The notes: a model not told the origin generated them from the sequence alone. A DNA stretch of 64,000 nucleotides from Phallusia mammillata (GCA_965637545.1 OZ281496.1:3162001-3226000), one strand, 5' to 3'. Counted from the stretch's first letter, positions 1 to 12,019 are shown. Translations and numbers: made by a program.

Positions 1-1
1 T

Positions 2-3000
2 GGAAAATATTGGGTAAAGCATTGTAATGGAAACACGGAATGTATAGATGGCAGTGATGAAGTTAATTGCACTTGTCCAGCTCATAAGTTTGAATGTGAT
101 TGTTACAAATCAAACAAGTGCACAAATGGCCGTGGTTGCATTGAAACAGACGACACTTGCAATGGAAGAAATGACTGTGGAGATTGGAGTGATGAAGTTA
201 ATTGCACTTGCCCAGCTGATACCTTTGAATGCCCCTGTTACAAAACAAGGAACTGCTCGAGTGATGATGGTTGCATAAAAAAATCCTGGCAATGCAATGG
301 GCAGAATGATTGTGGAGATTGGAGTGATGAAATTAATTGCACGTGTTCAGCTGATATGTTTGAATGCAATTGTTATAAAACAAGCAACTGCTCAAAAGTT
401 AATGGTTGCATAAACAAATCCTGGCAATGCAATTGGCGGAATGATTGTGGAGATTGGAGTGATGAAGCAAATTGCACCTGTCCAGCTAATAGTTTTGAAT
501 GTGATTGTTACAAAACAAAGAACTGTACATGGTTGCATCTACAAAAAATATCAATGTCAATTCGACATGGTTGCATCTACAAAAAATATCAATGTGATGG
601 AGTAAATGACTGTGGCGACTTGAGTGATGAAGTAAATTGCACTTGTCCAGCTCATAAGTTCCAATGTGCATGTGTTGGCACGAAACAATGCATTGTAACA
701 AAGGGAAGTTGTATTGACCGATCTTTGTTATGTGATGGAAATGGTGACTGTTTTGATGGTAGTGATGAGACACATTACACATGTAACTGCTCTGGAGCTC
801 ACGCAAAATGTCCGTATGATCCTGGCAACAAACGTTACCCATCTAAAGTCAGATGCATAGATTTGCGCTGGATTGGTGATGGATTTAAGGATTGTTTTGA
901 TGGAAGTGACGAACTGTGTTCAATCACAAACTTTACATGTCAATCTTGCACAATGTTTGTCACAACTTGTAAGAGTAAGCAGCTTGCCAGGTATATTGTA
1001 CATTCTCCAGTCCCATCAGAGTGCAACACAGTAATTCAACCATCGTGTGCTGATGACATCAACAGATGTGAAAGCAGAAATGTGCTTTGTATCTCATCAA
1101 ACTGCAACGATAGGAAAAATAAATATTGTCAGAAGGTTTTTATTTGTGAAAATGCAAATATAATAGCGGGAAGCGATTTTTGTGACAGAGTTAGTAGTTG
1201 CAGTGACAACAGTGACGAAATCATGTCGGGATTTGGATTTAAATGCTCTGGCCCATCGAGACAAGGTGTTTGTGTATTACCACAAGTCAACGTTTACGAC
1301 TCAGTGGCTCAATGTTCAGATAAATCTGATCTTTGTTTTGTCAACGGACAGTTTAGATGTTTTCAGTGCTTGGATAAGAAGTTACTCATATCACCCAAGC
1401 AAGTTTGTGATGGTATTTTGGATTGTTTTGATATGTCTGATGAGTGTTTATGTTTGAATCAAAGTTTGTGTGAAGATATAAGGGGTTCTTGTCCGTCAAA
1501 TCAGATGCATTGTCAAAATAAATCTGTTTGTTCGGATCAAAATGGAAAGTTGTGCAATTCAAGTGTGCAATGTGTTGATCAAATCAACACGAAATACTGC
1601 TCGGCTCCTAATCACTTAAAACAAACCCAGTGTTTGCCAGAAGACACCAAACACCTTAAACTTGACGAAGTATTTAGGTGTGCAAAAACTGACAACCCAC
1701 CATTAAGGTATTGGTTTCGGGATCGCATCGATTCGGGCGATGATTTTGAAGTTCTGTTGAACTCAATATGTGATGGAATAGTAGACAGTTTTTGGGGGTT
1801 TGGGGAAGCGAATTGCCCAAACAGATTTTATTGTTTATCCAAAGAAAAAATCAGCATAGACATCTCACAGGCTTGCGACGGAAAAATTGATTGCGACGAT
1901 GGTTCAGATGAATTTCCTGAACTTTGCAACAAAACCCAGTTTTATTGTAAAAGCAAGGATAGGGTGTCCATTGACCGAAAAACTGTTTGTGATGGAATTA
2001 TCGATTGTGACAATGAATCTGATGAAAGCAAATGCCGTTGCGAAAAAGTAAGGTTTTATTGCACAAATAAACAACCTGTTTCGATTGAAACAAAACTGGT
2101 GCAGAATGGAATTCGCGATTGTTCGGACGGAAGTGACGAATGTGTAAACTTGGCTGGAGACGCATTTGCAGATGTCAACGAAATGATAGCTAATCCAATT
2201 TACCGAGTAATTTTTTGGATAACAGCTGTGCTAGCCTTAGGAGGAAATTTGTTTGTGTTTATTGCAACTGCTCACAGCTTGTGGAATGCAGACAGAAACA
2301 AACATGTTTTTATTAACACCAGTGTTTTTATTCTTAACCTTTGTTGCTCAGATTTCCTCATGGGAATTTATCTGCTTACAGTTATAGTGCAAGCCACACA
2401 ATTTTCTGGCTCGTATTGTCTATTTGACAAAGAATGGCGATCAAGTAGATTGTGTTCAGGACTTGGAGCACTTGCGATTATTTCTTCAGAGGCATCAGCG
2501 TTTACAATGACGGCCATGACAACGTTTCGTCTTGCATCAGCTTTCAAACCATTTACAATTCGAAATATGGGTGTTCTTAGAGTTTTACTTGGTGAATTGA
2601 TTTGCTGGATTTTGGCTGCGGCTTTGGCAATTATTCCCTTACTTCAAGTCAATTCAGAATATTTTACAACTGATGTCTGGTTTCCAAACAACATTTTTGG
2701 AAATGATTTTGTTTCCAGGGAAAACATATCACTTCTTGCTGAAAGAATTACTGGTGTAGAGCCGGAGGGTTGGAACGATGTGAAACAAACTATAAGAATG
2801 GCATTTCCTCGCAACCCAATCAAAGGAGAGTTTGGATATTATGGAGAAACAAGCGTTTGTATGCCACGCTTATTTGCCATAACCAATGAGTTTGCTTGGG
2901 AATATTCAACTTTCCTCATCACCATTAACTTCCTTATGTTCATCTACATGGTGGTTGCATACGTTCTTTTTTACAAACAAAGCAACCGAATGAAAGAAGC

Positions 3001-3352
3001 CAGAAGCAATGATGTCAGCTCCAAGATGCAGAAAAGAATCTCGAGGTTGATTTTTACCGACTTCTGTTGCTGGATTCCAATTTGTATCATGGGATATTTG
3101 AGTGTTGGAGGAATCAGGATGCCACCAGATGCCTATGTGTTGAGTGCTTGTCTGTTGCTTCCAATCAACAGCGCTCTCAATCCCTTGCTTTACTCAAAAG
3201 CAATAGAAGATCAACTTACTAGGGCCAAAAAATATGTGAGTCAAAATGTAACTTCTATCCGGGCAATTACAAGTCGCCCAACAGAATTGACTGTGACGTA
3301 TAATGCTGGTGCCGTTCAAGAAGGCGACAGAGTGATTGAAGTGGTTGGGTAA
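2..3352 (+). CDS. LDLa-repeat rhodopsin-class GPCR (LGR/relaxin-receptor/GRL101-like 7TM, no LRRs), 5'-partial
   Basis: The frame of ORF 356..3352 stays open back to base 2 (GKYWVKHCNGNTECIDGSDEVNC...), giving at least 1116 aa with the start upstream of the window. Many LDLa motifs (C..DCxDxSDE), then 7TM with LGR-type signatures: TM2 FILNLCCSDFLMGIYL, TM3 SSEASAFTMTAMTTFRL, TM6 LIFTDFCCWIPI, TM7 LLPINSALNPLLY. No LRR consensus visible. Confidence 0.92.
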   Translation, partial: GKYWVKHCNGNTECIDGSDEVNCTCPAHKFECDCYKSNKCTNGRGCIETDDTCNGRNDCGDWSDEVNCTCPADTFECPCYKTRNCSSDDGCIKKSWQCNGQNDCGDWSDEINCTCSADMFECNCYKTSNCSKVNGCINKSWQCNWRNDCGDWSDEANCTCPANSFECDCYKTKNCTWLHLQKISMSIRHGCIYKKYQCDGVNDCGDLSDEVNCTCPAHKFQCACVGTKQCIVTKGSCIDRSLLCDGNGDCFDGSDETHYTCNCSGAHAKCPYDPGNKRYPSKVRCIDLRWIGDGFKDCFDGSDELCSITNFTCQSCTMFVTTCKSKQLARYIVHSPVPSECNTVIQPSCADDINRCESRNVLCISSNCNDRKNKYCQKVFICENANIIAGSDFCDRVSSCSDNSDEIMSGFGFKCSGPSRQGVCVLPQVNVYDSVAQCSDKSDLCFVNGQFRCFQCLDKKLLISPKQVCDGILDCFDMSDECLCLNQSLCEDIRGSCPSNQMHCQNKSVCSDQNGKLCNSSVQCVDQINTKYCSAPNHLKQTQCLPEDTKHLKLDEVFRCAKTDNPPLRYWFRDRIDSGDDFEVLLNSICDGIVDSFWGFGEANCPNRFYCLSKEKISIDISQACDGKIDCDDGSDEFPELCNKTQFYCKSKDRVSIDRKTVCDGIIDCDNESDESKCRCEKVRFYCTNKQPVSIETKLVQNGIRDCSDGSDECVNLAGDAFADVNEMIANPIYRVIFWITAVLALGGNLFVFIATAHSLWNADRNKHVFINTSVFILNLCCSDFLMGIYLLTVIVQATQFSGSYCLFDKEWRSSRLCSGLGALAIISSEASAFTMTAMTTFRLASAFKPFTIRNMGVLRVLLGELICWILAAALAIIPLLQVNSEYFTTDVWFPNNIFGNDFVSRENISLLAERITGVEPEGWNDVKQTIRMAFPRNPIKGEFGYYGETSVCMPRLFAITNEFAWEYSTFLITINFLMFIYMVVAYVLFYKQSNRMKEARSNDVSSKMQKRISRLIFTDFCCWIPICIMGYLSVGGIRMPPDAYVLSACLLLPINSALNPLLYSKAIEDQLTRAKKYVSQNVTSIRAITSRPTELTVTYNAGAVQEGDRVIEVVG

Positions 3353-4023
3353 AATTTCATCCTTGAACAAAAAAACGTATACGACATTTTGCTCGAAAAA
3401 TCGTTGCAATTTTGGAGGAGTAAATCGTGCAATTTCCTTTTAATTTACAAATTGTCTGCATTATTGTGTTGACTATTTTAGCATTCTAAAATTGAAAACA
3501 ATTCAACTTGAACATTTAAAAAAAATTCAAAAAAACAATTATAGTCATGGAAAATTAAATACTCAATACTCAAATTTGTAGCTTACACCTTGTCATGTAT
3601 GAATGCTTGGTAACCGACTGATTCATGATAACGCCTTATACGGCCTGCCGTTCTTTGATTAATGATATAAATCTGTCTTGATCGTTGGTTCGCATGGACG
3701 CTTCAGCGCTGTACCCGTTGATGAGTTTATGTTCATCTTAACTTCTTGCAGTTGAGGAAATAATTGTTCTCGCTAATTGTGAATCATTCAAAAATGGTTG
3801 TCATTGCAACATGTCGAATTGATTGATGGAATTGCATATCTTATTATAATAATATGTTTGTATAATTGCCTTAAAGCGTAAACTGCCAATTTCTCTGAAA
3901 CGGAATGCTAAGTGTTTGTGCAACCAAAATAATTTTAAATACATTCATTTGTTTGTAAATTAGCTTTTTGTGTTTAATTTCCTGTGATTCATTTATTTTT
4001 TGTGTAAAGTGTGTGCTGTCAGA

Positions 4024-4388
4024 ACGGTGGTACTAAATACTGCATGATACCGCATATGACCGCATAGTATACCACATGTGACCGCATGTGACCGCATGTG
4101 ACCGCATGTGACCGCATGTTATCACACGGGCGAAAGTTGTAAAAAACTTGAATATGCTTTTACGAAATTATCATTTTCCGAACTTTTGAAAGCGCTGACA
4201 GTTAGAGCTATTCGGGTTGGGTGAGGGTTTGTAATTGAAATAATACCAGCATCTGGTCTAATTTATCATTGTTGGGGCTTGTATTCTCACATTTCATACA
4301 CCATATAGTACTCGAGCAGAAAACCATGCGGTATCATGCCGCAACATACCGTAATATGCGACCACATGCGGTATTTTGTACCACCCCT
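4024..4388. mobile_element. MITE-like element with terminal inverted repeats and an internal 10-bp tandem repeat
   Basis: Left end ggtggtactaaatac, right end gtattttgtaccacc. Internal (accgcatgtg)n at about 4050-4120. Confidence 0.6.
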
Positions 4389-5427
4389 GTGAGAAATGTG
4401 TTGTATACTGTGTAATCAAGATTAAAATGCAAAAAGCTAGTCTGCATTTGTACAATGTAGTTTTTACAAAGCAAGTTTAAATGTTTTGATAGATTACAAC
4501 TCCAAATGCCAGGATGAAAAACTGTTTTTAATTAAAGATGTTAAAGGGAGTTACCTATAATTGTTAAACTTGGAATCGACGGATAAAGGGTCAAGTCCAG
4601 CAACTGGCTACTTAGCTAATTAAAATAGGTCAGGTCCAGCAACTGGGTACTTAGCTAACTAAAATAATTAAAAAATACTGACACAGAGTGTAAAGTCAGG
4701 CCTAAAGAAAGCCCGTTCTTTTCAAGAAACGGCCCGAACCAGGCTCGAATGGAACACAATTTGTACAATTGCTTGTTATGAATTTTGGCATTGTCGCTGA
4801 GGGTAAAAATTTCAAAATGCTGAAATAACGTCACACCGTATTTGTGACGTAATTTGGCTTGGTTTACGTGGTACTTTTTGTCAGCTGATAAATTGGAACA
4901 ATCGAAACAGTATCGTAAACAATATAAGTACTCAAAACGGTTGAAACCATACATTAGCCTCAGGAGAATTAGTCAATATAACTACGTTAAGCCCTTGCAT
5001 TGGTCGACTATAGGCAGGGTTGCCATCGACTTGAAACCAAAAATAAGAACAACCAAACAACTAAATTTTCATACGAAACGAATCAAACGTTTTTGAACAA
5101 ATCTATGCATTTTTACGAGCCATGACGTATCCCATACCGTATTTTTGGCCAGAAACAATCTGTTCCAGCAACACCTTGTTCGTAAACAACGTTCGTAATT
5201 GGATTACTTTGCTTGGCTACACATTACCTATTGTGCCTTACAAAAACCCATTAATTTTGGCCACAACGTGGTTTTCATTGAATGGATGTCCTCAAACTGT
5301 CACCGATAATGATGTAGTATATTTAGATACAACAATACGCAATATCACAAAACCATGCAAATCATCGAAAACGCAAATTTACGATAAATATCATGTCCGT
5401 ATATGTAGACTTGCTCCCCACTAAGTA

Positions 5428-5552
5428 TTAGGTACCAACAGGTCGGTTTTGTTCTGGTTGTAGATGGTTGTTTGGGTTTCTATTCGTATTACCATCCATT
5501 TCAGTTGGTTCTGCTGGTGGTCCGAAAGGTGGTGGCGGTATGACTGATTCCT
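5428..5552 (-). CDS. Terminal exon, small Pro-rich protein family copy A (divergent)
   Basis: Phase-1 exon EESVIPPPPFGPPAEPTEMDGNTNRNPNNHLQPEQNRPVGT*. Aligns with the C-termini of copies B, C and E (PAEEPxxMDGDExxNxxNQLQPE). Upstream exons not resolved. Confidence 0.65.
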
Positions 5553-7370
5553 CTTTGCATGCAAACTTGTCAAAAATATAAACAAAACTTTTTCCTTTTT
5601 TAACATTTTTTGCCAAATTAGCAAATATTTAGTTTGCTAGAACCCGTATTTGTTAGGTGGTATTGGTTGTAAATGTAGTTGCAATGGTTGTATACGTGGT
5701 TGCAGTGGTTGTATATGTGGTTGCGTCGATGGTGCTGATGGTTCGAGTTGGTGTGGAAAATTCAGATTCTAAAAAACATCAAATTTAAACATTTGATTCT
5801 AAGAACAAAAGCAAAACTGATGACAGCGCTGACAAACTGTGATGTTTATATTAAACTACTTTAAAGATCCATAAACAGCATAAACACATGTTACCACTTA
5901 GCACGATAAACACATGTTTCATTTCGCATTAATTCTACTTACTTCATGTGTATGTAGTGAATTCTTCATTTCTTCCTGTGACATTGTTGTATTCAACAAC
6001 TTCTTTTTCGATGAATCAAATCAGACAAGAATGTTTAGATTTTAAACAATTTGCTAGAAACTCACTCATGTAAACTATAACACAAAATAATTGTTTTTTT
6101 AAATAACTTTTTTGGCATAGAAAACGTTTTGATTTAGAACGATTCGAACAAACCGGTAGGAAAAGTTCTGTTCGTTGTGTAACAAAGTCCGCTGAAAAGT
6201 GAAAGAATGAATTTACTGCGCAATATGCATTGTTTCCCTAATACTTACGTTTACACAAAGTGACTTGTCAAGTCACTGATGATAAAACAGTCAGATGTAG
6301 AATAAATAAGTCTTCAATTCTCAGATAACATTTAAACACAATTAGAAATGGTTTGAAAGTTTTTTCATCTTTGGCAACAAGTCACATGTTTAATTATATA
6401 TGTCGTCTTCTTTTATCCAACTTCGAACACATTCACCCACTGTGTACAAAGGGTGTCATATTTAAATAATATACTTGCTTTAGTATTGCAAATGATTTGA
6501 TTGTTAACTTCTAAACCTTGTTAAATATCTAAACCCCATGTTCATAACACTTGTTCATGATGTCGAAACTTATTTATTGTTTTACACAACTTCGTAAATA
6601 GAGTTTTTGAAGGAACTTTAGAAACTTGAAAGGCCAGCAATTATACAGGCAAAAGTCCGTGCCCTTCGACTACGTCTGTATACATGTAATAGGTTTCAAC
6701 ATTAGCAATATGAAATTTCGTAGCCATCTCATATAACTCCTCAGTTCATCCTGAACTTTTAAGACGCACATTTATTTTCTACCTGGTCTCTGTAGAACTG
6801 ATAATTTGCACCTATAAAAGTGTAGACAAAGTGCTGTAGAGGATTTAACCACGAGAAACATGCAGACGCACAAGAAACAAAATCAAAACATTGGCCACGT
6901 CATGTCACACTTTGACGCGCAACTTCCCCGATGTGACGTCAAACCTTCTCAAAATGAAGTGTGCATATGGTATCGTACTTTCAACAGGCGCTCTGATCGG
7001 ATAAGCTGCACATGTCGTATGGTTTTTTAGCTTGGTAACTTAAATTTTACGATTTTTATTTCAGACGAATAGTTTAAAAGCCACGCATCATGATATTATT
7101 AGCTACTTGTTGAAAGAAACATATAGTGATTGAATATTATATAGATACATGCCTTATAGTTCAAAAACATACAGTTCTACGTACAATGAGAGTTTAATCT
7201 CCACATCCCCTAACCACATTTATGACAGAAGCTTTTCCAAATCGTAATTAGTCTAATACAATAAAGTGTATTACAAATTCATCCATCTGCATTGGAAAGG
7301 ACCAACAATATTCTAAACCTATGGCAAATAAACGCAAAAGCATAATTTTTAATGTACATTTAGGCAAACA

Positions 7371-7627
7371 TTAGTTGCTACGAGGCTGGTTTTGTTCTGG
7401 TTGCAACTGATTAACCGGGTTTTGACTTTCATCGCCATTCATTTGTGATGGTTCTTCTGCTGGGGTTCCATTAGGATCGAAGTTGTCAAATGCAACTCGG
7501 GCTGAAATGATTGTTTGGTGACATAAAAAAATAGTGTCCAACTACGACATCAACATTTTTCAAGGAACATCTACTTACATTGGTTCACAGGTGGCGGTGG
7601 TGGAATGTTTGGATTAAATTCTCTCAT
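7371..7627 (-). CDS. Small Pro-rich protein family copy B (about 59 aa if the first ATG in the penultimate exon is used)
   Basis: Exons 7627-7579 (donor gtaagt) and 7501-7371 (acceptor tttcag) give MREFNPNIPPPPPVNQSRVAFDNFDPNGTPAEEPSQMNGDESQNPVNQLQPEQNQPRSN*. An N-terminal extension from upstream exons cannot be excluded. Confidence 0.7.
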
Positions 7628-7961
7628 CTTAACTTTATTGAAAATCTGTACAAACTAATTTTGAGCTTAACTTGGTTTCAAAGATATTTAACAGTTTTGA
7701 TTTAGCTTGTTTGTACCTGCAAAATATTAAGTTATTCACTGGGATTCAAAAACACATTTCAAACAAAATGACTGGCATAGATTTAAATTTCCTGAAGTAA
7801 TTGGGTCCTCATCTTAGACTAAAAATTGTTTAGAAAAATATATTGTATTATTTTACTGAATACTATTTCTATTATTCTTACGTGGTGTGGCTGAACTGCT
7901 AGAGAGGCCATCAATCTATAAAACAAAAGAGCAACAAAATTGCAAATTGAAATTTATAGTT

Positions 7962-8132
7962 CACTCAGGCACTCAGGCACTCAGGCACTCAGGCACTCAG
8001 GCACTCAGGCACTCAGGCACTCAGGCACTCACTCACTCACTCACTCACTCACTCACTCACTCACTCACTCACTCACTCACTCACTCAAGCACCCAGGCAC
8101 ACACGCACTCACGCACTCACGCACTCACGCAC
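7962..8132. repeat. Compound microsatellite (CACTCAGG)n-(CACT)n-(CACTCACG)n
   Basis: Directly visible tandem units. Confidence 0.97.
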
Positions 8133-8920
8133 TATTTTTTACATTAACACTTTTATTAAAAGTTACTAATTTACTATTTTTACTTGTAAACTTTTTTAAC
8201 TGGAAAATTGCAAACATTGTTATACATTTCAAACCCTTTTTTTACAATCAGCACATGAGAATCTATTTTAAAATCTCAAAATGACAGGAATGAAACAATT
8301 CCCAATCGCTGCATACTTCTGTGTACATACAATAGCTTATCACATCAGCTGTAAATATTTTGTTGGGTGCCATGTTTGTTCTATTTTCTTTTATAACCAT
8401 TTGTTATCTTAAACTTTCACTGAAAAGCACTTGCAGTGTCTGCCTGGTGAACCACAAATAATTAGCAGATCTATTTCTGTAGACAGAGTGCTGTAAAGAC
8501 ATTTACCACAAGGCACATGCTAAAGAAACTACACAAAAGCATTGCTTATGTCACTTCACACTTTGGCACTCTGCTTCCAGGATGTGACGTAGCAAAACCG
8601 CAAAAGAAAAAAAGAAGTTGTTGGTACTTTTCACAGGCGTTTTGATCGGATAAACCACTTGTTAGAAGAAACATATTTGTTAAGTAGACACAGATACATA
8701 CATTACATGTTAAAAACATACAGTTGTATATGAAATGAAAGGTAATTCTCCTCATACCCTTGCTGCATTTATCATAATAGGAGCTTTTCCAAGTAGTAAT
8801 TAATACAAACTAATGTACCTGTTTTAGTTAAGGGGCCAACAGTATTCTAAGCCTATGGCATATAAACGAAAAATCATGGTTGTTAAATGTACATTTAGGC
8901 AAGCATTAGTTGGTAGGAGA

Positions 8921-9167
8921 CTATTTTCGTTCTGTTTGCAACTGATTAACCGGGTTCCGACCCTCATCGGTATCCGCATGTGCCGGTTCTTCTGCTGGGG
9001 GTGCACCAGGGTCGAAGTTGTCAAATGCAATTCGAGCTGAAATGATTATTTGGTGACTTAAAAAATAATGTCCAAAGACAATAGCAATAGTTTTTAAAGA
9101 AAATCTACTTACATTGGTTTACAGGTGGTGGGGGCGGTGGTGGAATGTTCGGATTAAATTCTCTCAT
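8921..9167 (-). CDS. Small Pro-rich protein family copy C (about 56 aa)
   Basis: Exons 9167-9113 and 9036-8921 give MREFNPNIPPPPPPPVNQSRIAFDNFDPGAPPAEEPAHADTDEGRNPVNQLQTERK*. The stop is a CAG>TAG change relative to B; the ancestral TAA is five codons later. Flanks about 8460-9350 duplicate about 6800-7860. Confidence 0.7.
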
Positions 9168-9365
9168 CTGAACCCTTCTGAAAAGCTGTACAAAATAATT
9201 TTGAGCTTAACTTAGTGTTTATACCTGCTGAACATTAAGTTATTATCTGGGATTCAAAAACACATTTTAAACAAAGTTGATGGAATGGAGAATATTTTCT
9301 GCAGTAATTCGGTTTTCATAAACTAAAAATTACTTTTATTATTTTTAAATATTAAAGTAGAAGAA

Positions 9366-9582
9366 CCGCTGTGTTGTAACAACACGCCAATTTTAAAGCC
9401 GTATACAACACGACACACCAAGCTGTGTTGTCAGGTGGTGTGTTGTTTGGAGGTGTGTTGTTCAACGACACCCCTGCCGTGTTGTTTGAAGCTGCAGTTT
9501 TGCGACACACCTGGTGTGTTGTTTGAACACACTCATACAACACGCGTGTTGCGTGTTGTTTAGAGCTATAAAGCATGACACA
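9366..9582. repeat. Degenerate GTGTTG/CAACAC-rich repeat with both orientations
   Basis: Many gtgttg and caacac/gacacac units interspersed; probably a decayed foldback element. Confidence 0.6.
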
Positions 9583-10057
9583 CCAAATACCGTTTTGTAT
9601 TTTATTGTAAACAGTACCGTACCAACGAAATAGCGTATTTATTGAAGAAACTGAACATAACGTTTATTCTTCGAAATCATATTTCCTTATTATTCTTAAT
9701 AATGTTCTTACTTGGTATGGCTGAACTGGTGGACATGACAGATGCTGTGAAACAAAAGATCAACAAAATTGCAAAACAGTTGGTATATAATAGTGACGTA
9801 TGCCAATACGTTTTGTTATTAAATACGATACAATACTTCGCTCGTTGTTATATAGCACGTCGAAACGAGGTGTTATATCTTAAAAAAGGGAAATAGCAGA
9901 TGTAGCACACCTTTCATTAGAAACTGCTATGTAATGAAGTTTAATGCTAGCCTGCAAGTATTACATAACATTTCAAAGACGGTCTGAAAAAATCGAACCT
10001 AAAGATATTATTTGCTGAAACCAGTTCATTTCAGTAAATAAATATTTATCCTACTAA

Positions 10058-10706
10058 TTATCTAACCTGTGTCGGTGAATGTTGTATATATTCTGATGAG
10101 ATTTGATTTTCATTGTCATCCAATTGCTCTGGTTGGTCTGGGATTCCGTTTGGGTCAAAGTTGTCAAATGCTATTCGGGCTAAAAAAAGTGACCAATTAA
10201 ATACAAAATTTTTTAAAATGTTAATTGTTTTTTCACCTTGGTTTGGTGGTGGCTTCAAAACACGTTCATATTCTTCACATGAAATCTGGTTAGACACCTG
10301 AAAAATAAAAAGTTAATTTGTTTTTGAATGACAACAGTGTGTTGTTTATTTAGAAAAATGAAGAGAAAAATAAAAAAATAAAAACATATTTTTATCGCCT
10401 AATAAATACTCATTACCTTCAATAGCTGGAATAATATTTTTGTAGCATTTTTAATACAAACTATAAAACTATTTATTTGGACATATAAATTTTTACAATA
10501 TTTCATTATAAATTAAGTTATTATTGTCGGTATCTTTTTATAACTGCAGATTGTACGGCCGATATCTCCAAAATGCTGTTAATTATAACCTAATTCAATT
10601 AAATGGGAATTAAATTTCGCAAAACATTTGCACTTACCGGTATTTTGCTGTTCTGTTCAACGCACACCGAACTTTGTGGTTCTTTTTCCGACGTGTCGAA
10701 TGACAT
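10058..10706 (-). CDS. Small Pro-rich protein family copy D
   Basis: Exons 10297-10237 (VSNQISCEEYERVLKPPPNQ) and 10179-10058 (ARIAFDNFDPNGIPDQPEQLDD...) are clear. Candidate start exon 10706-10638 (MSFDTSEKEPQSSVCVEQNSKIP, donor gtaagt) is phase-compatible. Intervening micro-exons are unresolved. Confidence 0.6.
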
Positions 10707-11355
10707 TTGTTTATTTGCTTAAGTAATTAAATGTTCTCTATTTTCGTGTATCAATTGGCTGCAGGCATACAGGAGGGCATAGCTCGCATTAAAGTAATGA
10801 TAAAACGAGGGAACGCATTAACAGGACTGTAATCAAATTCTATTTATGCTGCAGCTATTGGTTTAATTACAGATTCATATTATTTGTAAAATCAACACGG
10901 CGTTTCTAATCATATGACATATGACATAAAAAGAACTTTATTATTAAAAACGATTTAAGCTATGGGGTGACAACTTATTCAAATCATTGTTCAGCAAATT
11001 CTAAAACTGCTTTTGATGAGTTTGATGCGTGCTTTTTGTTATATCCTAAAGAATTTTTTGACATTATTATAAAACTTTTTTCTAATGCAATTTTACTTTG
11101 CTGAACAAATCATCGATTAAATAGTTTATTGACTTACAATTTTGAATGATTCAACCACACACTTTAACGATTTATTTTACAAAGATTGAGGAACAGATGC
11201 ATTCATTTTCACCACTCAACAGCAAAATGATTGTACAGCCATCTCACACAACACAACTGTTTAATACACCACCTACAAAAAGCGATGGTACACACGAACA
11301 TTACTGCATTTACACTGCTTACTAGAAGTCATAATAAATGACCTCAACAAAAGAA

Positions 11356-11815
11356 ATGAATATATCTAAACTAAATAGTTCAAAGTATATCATTGCCATT
11401 CGAACCAACCTTCACAACTTAATTAATGTGCATATTTACACAAATTAATAAAACCTTTCTGAAAAGTTAACGGTACTTAGATCCTTAGAATTTATATAAC
11501 TGCCCCAAAACTTGCACTATAAAGTTTGTCATAAAATATCTTCTTTTAAATAATATCACTGCCATGTTGACTATACTTAATAACTGACTAGATGATGATA
11601 AATGATAAATGATAAATGATCTTAAGATAATAAATGAATATCCATCAAAATTAATTAAGTTATATCATTGCCATGCCGTCACAACCTATAAATGTACACA
11701 TTTACACAATTTAGGAACTCCTTCGTTGAAGCAAAACTTCACAGATCTTTAGTATTCATTAAGCTGCACATAAACTTGCACCATAAAGTTTTTCACAAAG
11801 TATCTCTAAGAAACA
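11356..11815. repeat. Diverged ~280-bp tandem duplication
   Basis: aatgaatat...tatatcattgccat...atttacacaa...aacttgcacyataaagttt occurs at about 11356-11550 and 11632-11815. Confidence 0.65.
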
Positions 11816-12019
11816 ATAACTGTACAGACTCACTTTGCATTGATACGTCACACTTTTCTGACTAATTGGAAGTGACATGACATAATCGTGAAAAGGAAGG
11901 GAGTGAGTGCAAGAAGTTTTACCCAATGTTGAAGAAATGACACAAATAGAGAAAATCTTTCACTTATGAAATCAAAAAGGTAGTTGTTTGCCTGAGTCAT
12001 AGTAAACCGGGCATATGAA

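Noticed and set aside
48-842. ORFs 48..278, 110..292 and 486..842
   Set aside because: Alternative-frame or antisense shadows of the LDLa repeat coding sequence.
3690-3770. Possible hammerhead in the SINE tail (ttgatgag...gaggaaa)
   Set aside because: The core lacks the initial C, no consistent stems form, and the motif is not conserved in the 24.7-kb and 25.1-kb copies.
7887-8284. ORFs with HSGTQALR/HSLT repeats
   Set aside because: Translations of the microsatellite, which has no stops in these frames.
10237-10460. Resemblance of KILFQLLKVSNQISCEEYERVLK to a CARD helix
   Set aside because: Too short, absent from the paralogs, and the exon phases do not join into a full domain.
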